Origin: the human T2T-CHM13v2.0 reference genome, Homo sapiens
DNA: 64,000 nt
Reading direction: 5' to 3' (one strand)
Assembly: GCF_009914755.1 (NCBI RefSeq)
Contig: NC_060932.1
The notes under the pieces are model-generated. The model was given only the letters and a program-made list of their open reading frames with translations. It was not told the DNA's origin and made no database searches. Numbering within the stretch: position 1 is the first letter of the stretch; each line of letters begins with the position of its first letter. Shown piece by piece: positions 58,658 through 64,000 of this stretch. The position numbers and the translations under genes were made by a program.

Positions 58658-59480
58658 TTATTGGTCAGAGTTCCCCAGAGAAACAGAACCAATAGGATCT
58701 GTATCTCTATGTATGTCTATATCTACACCTATGTTTGTCTGTATCTATATCTGTGTCTTTATCTATATCTCTCTGTATCTATATATCAATATCTAGATCT
58801 ATCTGTGTCTGTATCTAGACCTATCTGTGTATCTATATCCATTTGTGTCTATATCTACACCTATCTGTATCTATAGCTATCTGTGTCTCTATCTATACCT
58901 ATCTGTATCTATATCTATACCTATCTGTGTCTATATCTTACCTGTCTATCTATATCTATACCTATCTCTGTCTGTATCTATCTCTATCTGTGTCTGTAGC
59001 TATACCTATCTGTATCTATATCTATATCTATCTTTATCTATCTATATATACCTATCTATCTTTATCTATATCCATACCTGTTTGTATCTATATCTACACC
59101 TGTCTGTATCTGTATCTATCTCTGTCTGCATCGATACCTATCTGTATCTGTATCTATATCTATACCTATCTGTATATCTATTTATAACTATCTGTATCTA
59201 TGCCTATTATCTGTATCTATATCTATACGTATCTGTATCTGTATCTATATATCTAAAGAGATTTATTGCAAGGAATTTGCTCACCTGATTATGGAGGCTG
59301 ACACATCCTGAGACCTGCAGTCAATGGGCTGGGCTGGAGACCGGGGAGGTGAAGGTGTGAGTTTCAGTCTGAAGGCTGGCAGGCACCAGACCCAGGAAGA
59401 GCCAACACTTCAGTTCAAATCAAAAGGCAGAAAAGCCCCAGTGTCCCAGCTCACAGTATCAAGTAGGAGGAATTCCCTGG
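58658..59480 (-). mobile_element. Older MLT2 (B/C/D-like) LTR, partial, with an expanded internal microsatellite
   Basis: tattggtcagagttccccagagaaacagaaccaatagga [repeat] aagagatttattgcaaggaatttgctcacctgattatggaggctg...agacccaggaagagcc. Confidence 0.82.
58698..59255. repeat. Degenerate (TATCTA/TATCTG/TACC)n microsatellite, ~560 bp
   Basis: ctatctgtatctatatctatac-type 4-6-mer mosaic. Confidence 0.93.
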
Positions 59481-59521
59481 CTGGCTCTGGGGTTGCACAA
59501 GCAGCTTATTCGTTGGGATTT

Positions 59522-59690
59522 GCTTTGTTTTATTTTTAAATTAATTTTTTTTTTGAGACAGGGTCTTACTCTGTCATCCAGACTGGAGTGCAGTGGCACA
59601 ATCTTGGCTCAATGCAGCCTCGGCTTCCTGGGCTCAAGTGATCCCTCTGCCTCAGCCTCCCAAGTTGCTGGGACCACAGGCACCTGCCTT
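59522..59690 (-). mobile_element. Alu right-monomer fragment (AluJ-like)
   Basis: gagacagggtcttactctg...ctgggctcaagtgatcc...gctgggaccacaggcac. Confidence 0.88.
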
Positions 59691-59697
59691 TACGCCC

Positions 59698-59931
59698 TTC
59701 TTGTGCTGGGATTTCGGGTGTGAGCCTCCACACTGGCCCTGTTTCTCACGATGGGATTTCAGCTATGAGCCTCCACGCCTGGCCCTGTTTCTCACGCTGG
59801 GATTTTGGGTGTGAGTCCCCTTGCCCGGCCCTGTTTCTTGTGCTGGGATTTCGGGTGTAAGCCCCGGCGCCCAGCCCTGTTTCTTGTGCTGGGATTTCGG
59901 GTCTGAGCCCCTGCACCTGGCCTTGTTTCTC
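59698..59931. repeat. Alu-head-derived minisatellite, 5 copies of ~46 bp
   Basis: ttcttgtgctgggatttcgggtgtgagcc...tggccctgt x5. It resembles the antisense Alu 5' end gtgctgggattacaggtgtgagccaccgcgcccggcc plus ctgtttct. Confidence 0.88.
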
Positions 59932-62074
59932 TGGCTGCCTCCCTTTCTCAGACTCCTGTAGTGGTGTTTCCGTCCAACACCTGTGTTTTACAGCATGTGG
60001 GTTTTTTTCTCCTCTCTGCCATCAATATGCAAAGTGCTGAGGTTGCACTCTTAAGCCCTGTGAAAAGGACTTTGCTATTGTTACTGGACAATTTTTCTTC
60101 ATGTGACTTCCAATTTCTTGGAAATCGGTAGGTGCTTTTCCTCACCCAACTGGGGTTTTCCATTTCCGTCTCCTGGATCTAGATGGCTCTGCTCTTTTAT
60201 CAGCAGAGAGCACTGGTTCCCGCGCCTTCAGAGGGGACTGTTTTAGAGCCTCCAGCTCTGTCGTGTGGCTGTGCCAGTAACCCCGGAAAGGCTTACACCC
60301 TAGTGTAGTAATAGAACACGGATCCGTTATGTGTCTCACTACACATGCATTAACTGGAAAATCCAAAGGCATTTTACATAATCTGAAGTTCAGTCAAGTC
60401 AGCGGGGTGTTTGAGAAGAGGAAGGCGACTTCCTGACGCCTGTCGTGATATGAACCAAGTAGTTTCATCCGGAGTGGAATCTGGCTTGGTTCTGGCCTTT
60501 GAATTTTTCCAAGCCAGATCACTGGTATACCTAACTATAACCCTGCATAGTAACTTTTGGCTGAATGGATGGTTTCCGGTGCAGTAATAGCTGAGTTTCT
60601 GTCAATATGCACTGTCTATTCTGTGAGAATGTTAAAGTATCTGAATTTCAAAGGCACGTGCAGAGGTACAAGGGCCGCGCCTGTGAGAACACCGAGCAGC
60701 ACTGCATGATGGCTGGAGGCTGGGGAGCCACTTTCCTTCCCTCACGCATCCGCCTCCACGCAAGCCTGCTCTCCGCCGTGGGAAATCAGACAGCTGGGCT
60801 GACAGCCTGCATTCGGGATGCAGTGGAGGTGATGGACAGCCGGCCCCGGGAGGGGTGAATACTCTGTCCACTGTGCCCCCAGGCCAGAGCCTCGCATGGT
60901 GATGAATAGAGTCGTACTGACGTGGAAAATCAGATACTCAGCACCTTTCCTTCAAGACAGATAGGGGAAAAGCTGAGGAAACAGAAAAAAAAAAAATGGA
61001 AAAGAAGAAGTGGTCAAGAAAGGGCTGCAAACACACAAAGAGATGATTTTTTAAAGAGAAAAGGAAAATAACAAACCAGATGCTGACATGGTACTCCAGT
61101 TCCAATATCCTATTTATTATCATGCATTCAACTCCTCAGGTATTTAATGACAAGCTACTCATAGCTTGTCTCAGAGCACCAGGAATTCTGAGTCACAGTC
61201 GGGGTGTAAAGCGGGGCCCTGCATTCAGGGAGCTGAGTCTGACTGGGAACTGGAAAGGCTCCCCTACCTCCCATGACCGTCTGTGAGCTTCACCTGTGAG
61301 TGGCAGGTGCGCGTGGAGTCAGTTCCCCTCCATGCCCGCCTGCATTCCTACCCGGAGACCTCCGGCCGCGGTGGGAATTGCCCTGCTGTTTTCATTACTG
61401 CAGGTTTTTCTTCTGTATTTCTGAACCCCTCATATCTCAGGGAAGGAAATCCAGGGAGAAGTATCTGTTGCGTCCCCATCTGTTGCATTTTCTGAGTCTC
61501 CACGTTAATGAAAGAGCAGCCATCCAGTTTCCTGCAGTGCCGAGAGTCCTCGGGACCTGTCGTTGTTCTAAAGGACAGAGGACACTGTTCAGATGTGACG
61601 TCTGTCGCCATTTCTGTCTCCTCTTAGCAAACTTTAAAGCCCGGAAAACCTTCTATTTTCAAAGTCGGAAAATTAGATTACAGCAAAGCCATAACCCTGT
61701 ATCTCTCCTAACCTTGCTCCCTAATCAGGAATAAAAGGGAAATTATCTGAAGAATTATCTAATATGTTCTTCATCAGGAGATCATAATTAAATCATAATT
61801 GCCATCCGGCAGCAAAATGTGATGAAATTACCAGGGCAAACTATTAATTACTTCAAAGATCCATTTTAATCGTAAACAGTTTAATATACCTCTATAAAAA
61901 TTGCCATCAGGCAGGCGCTTAATGAGGGAGCTGTGAAGGCTCTGCTGTCCTTGGTGACTGGAGGATGTTTTCACGAGATCTTCACGGTTATTTTCCATTT
62001 CCAGTTCCTTAGGCCTGGCTCTTACATTCTCTAATACTATGGGGAGTAGAAATTTCTGCGTCCTCCTGGGTGGA

Positions 62075-62812
62075 GTGTGTGAGTGTGTGCATACATATGT
62101 GTTTATATGTGTGTGTGTGCACTGTGTAGGTGATATGCGTGTGTGTGCGTGCATGTGTATGTGTGTATATGTATGAGTGTGTGCTAGTGTGTGCATTTGT
62201 ATATGCATGTGTGTATGCATGGGAATGTGTGTATGTGTGTGCATATTTATAGGTGTGTCTCTGTGCATGTGTATGTGCGTATGCATGTGTGTTTATATGA
62301 GTGCATGTGCATTGTGTACATAGGTACATGTATGTGTGTCCATGTGCATGCTATATTTATGTGTACATGTTATGCAATGTGCAGGTGTGTATGTGTGTAC
62401 ATATGTACATGTGTGTACATGTGCATGTGTATATATGCAGGTATGTATGTATATGTGTACATATGTACATGTGTTTATGTCTATGTGTGTGCATGTGTGT
62501 CTGTGTGTGCATGAGTATATACATGTGCATGTATATTTGTGTACATATGTACATATGTGCGCACATGTGTTTGTGTCTGTGTGCATGTTGTGTGTGTGCA
62601 GGTGGGCCGTTGCTTTGTAGTTTTGTGGGGGCTAAACAAAGGATGTGCATGATGCTGTCCATGTGTGCATGTGTATATGTGTGCATGTGTGTTTGTGTAC
62701 GTATGTACATGTATGTGTGTGCATGTGTTTGTGTCTCTCTCTGTGTGTATGTTGTGTGTGTGCATTCGCGTGTATATGTGTGCATGTGTGTTTGTGTGTG
62801 TATGTATGTGTA
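62075..62812. repeat. Degenerate alternating purine-pyrimidine (TG/TA/CA)n tract, ~740 bp
   Basis: gtgtgtgcatacatatgtgt... with one ~45-nt interruption at ~62601-62645. Confidence 0.93.
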
Positions 62813-64000
62813 TTTGCTACGAGTGGTATCTTGAAGAAATGGGATTGTGAGGATGAAAGGGAAGAGTTTGTGTTCGCAGCCACACATAAACTCACAGAAT
62901 AGCTTCTGATGGAGCACAGTAAATTTTGGAATTAGGTATGAGGAAGCATCTTTGGTCATTCTTAGTTCTTTGAGATATTTTTCATTTAAATGAAAACGTA
63001 TGCCTTTTTCTAGATCTTGATGCAAACAGTTGCATCAAAGTGGAGCTTGTGAGTAAGAATGCAGATAGAAAATCATGGGAATTATTCACGTGGATGACCT
63101 GATTTTATTCTAGTCTTACTTATGAAGTCTTCTTCCTGCTCCACAACGATTGAAGAGACAGGAAACAAACTTTTAAAATTACGTAAATAAACGGGCCAAG
63201 GGGAAATACAAGAGGACAAGCAAAGACAGACACAGCTTTGCACTGCACTCGTGGCTTATCTCACCATGGACGCCAAATTCAAACCTGTTGGCGACTCATC
63301 ACACTGGACTGACGGCACAAAGGTTCTTGGGAAATAGAATCATGTTCAGCATCAAGTAGGAAAAAAGTCACAAGTACTTGCAGACAAGCCAATCAAAATT
63401 GAAGGAAAAATAGAATCAGCACCTAGTGTAAATTAACTTCAGAAATATGCAGTCAGGACTGTCCTTGCGGACTTGCATTCTAGCTTCTGAGCTGAAATTT
63501 GTGTCATTAAACTGATATCTAGATGATGTACATTTCTTGACTTACTACAATTCAAAAAAAATGAAACAAATTACATGAACACAGTGGCTATCATTTCCCC
63601 CTTGTGAATGGCATAGTACCAGTCTATACAATTTTGGATGTTGTCTTTCTGTTGACTGTTAGTTACTTTAGACTACAAATCTCAGAACATTTAAATAATG
63701 ATTTGTTACATTACTCTAAACCTAATTATTTTATATTCACTCACACCATCCCCTCTGTTGGTTCTGAAATAAACTATTCAAAGGAGTGCAGAGCCAGTGG
63801 GTGTAGAGAATTATGTTTTATTAATTGGAAGCATTCTAACAGTAACCATATTGACTGATCACATGCCCAATATTCTCTTTTTGACCAACTTTGCTGCTGT
63901 CAAGAAAAGAAGGATAATATTGTACAGTAATTCAATGCTAATAATTTATCAGTTCCACTATTTTGTAGGTATTAATATCAAAAGCTGGTTGTTGGAAAGT

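Noticed and set aside
58661-62902. YL-, CV- and HT-rich ORFs
   Set aside because: Translations of (TATC)n and (TG/TA)n microsatellites.

Overview
Human-type (primate) genomic DNA, not microbial. The first 2.2 kb holds the 3' end of the muscle M-band gene MYOM2 (myomesin-2/M-protein, distal chromosome 8p) on the + strand: a 56-nt penultimate exon, the terminal exon encoding the last Ig domain and C-terminal tail, the 3' UTR and an AATAAA signal. The other ~62 kb is intergenic and repeat-rich. It holds about 18 Alus (16 on the minus strand), old and young L1 fragments, MaLR/ERVL solo LTRs (THE1, MLT1, MLT2), a MER1-type DNA transposon, an LTR-less ERV1 gag-pro remnant, several minisatellites and a ~5.5-kb C/T-only tract. 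None of the other ORFs in the track is a supportable gene. The most unusual structure is at 41.5-44.4 kb: a ~190-bp non-TE inverted repeat, a 34-bp-stem hairpin, and a 7 x 66-bp VNTR whose unit is a chimera of one arm of each. Repeat subfamily names come from recalled consensus sequences and need RepeatMasker/Dfam confirmation.
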